A DNA stretch of 7,543 nucleotides, from NCBI RefSeq assembly GCF_006345805.1, contig NW_021828743.1:1-7543 (forward strand), read 5' to 3'. Shown here piece after piece: positions 7,066 to 7,543 of the stretch (within the stretch, counting starts at the first letter, position 1; each line of letters opens with the position of its first letter). Origin of the DNA: Octopus sinensis. Taxonomy: Eukaryota. A program made the position numbers and the translations under genes. The notes beneath the pieces were generated by a model. That model saw only the letters and a program-made list of their open reading frames with translations. It was not told the origin of the DNA and did no database searches.

Positions 7066-7543
7066 GATACAAAATGGGACAAGAACGCAAAACATCCGGA
7101 CAACTAGGTGATAAAGACAACAAAACATCCAGATAGACGATACAAAGAAAACAAAGGCGGGTCGTTCATTCAAAGTTTTCTATCTTCAGTCAAGAATCAG
7201 ATTATCCTCACAATTTCGGCTGATTATTCTTGAGATTGCACCAATCTGGCAGCCCCAAGGAAAAACTAAGCTAAGAGCATTAGATTCCTTGGAAGAAAGC
7301 AGTGAATGTATACAAAAACAAGGACGGGAAAAAAACGGACAATGGTACACAAATACAATTAAAATTATAACAGGACATAACAACTGGTGTCTTTCGACTA
7401 AGGACGAATTAAATTAAGCAGGCGTGTGTGGAAATGAAGCCTTACGGCAGGGATACAGGATTTCACAAACACAGGGAAGAATATCGATGTTGCATGGACC
7501 ACGGTCAGACCAAAAAGAAAAGAGCAGGCTGGCCAATCCGTTC
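7066..7543 (-). mobile_element. Terminal portion of an interspersed repeat, probably a non-LTR/Penelope-like retroelement 3' region ending in (TA)n
   Basis: Abuts (TA)n at 7050-7065. I recall this sequence as an abundant octopus repeat. It has a 10-nt direct repeat caaaacatcc (7088-7097, 7121-7130) and dense hairpin potential. No coding domain was recognised, so class and orientation are tentative. Confidence 0.5.

Overview
AT-rich eukaryotic DNA, very probably octopus or another coleoid cephalopod. This is inferred from memory of the SINE families and from the microsatellite load, not from a search. There is no prokaryotic gene content, and almost every ORF in the track is a translation of microsatellite. 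Contents: (i) a tRNA-derived SINE family 'A' with a CORE-like segment and an internal microsatellite, present as six whole or partial copies; (ii) a tRNA-derived SINE family 'B', present as a head-to-tail triple concatemer on the minus strand (3891-4455) and one plus-strand copy; (iii) a decayed Penelope-like reverse transcriptase fragment (893-1162) that the ORF track misses; (iv) a ~140-bp-arm palindrome (6762-7055); (v) the end of a probable retroelement (7066-7543); (vi) short unique segments with good minus-strand splice signals, which may be exons of a host gene I cannot identify. The most interesting signal is the SINE-B concatemer: both internal junctions fall at the same nucleotide inside the element's own hairpin, suggesting self-targeted insertion or a circular/rolling intermediate.
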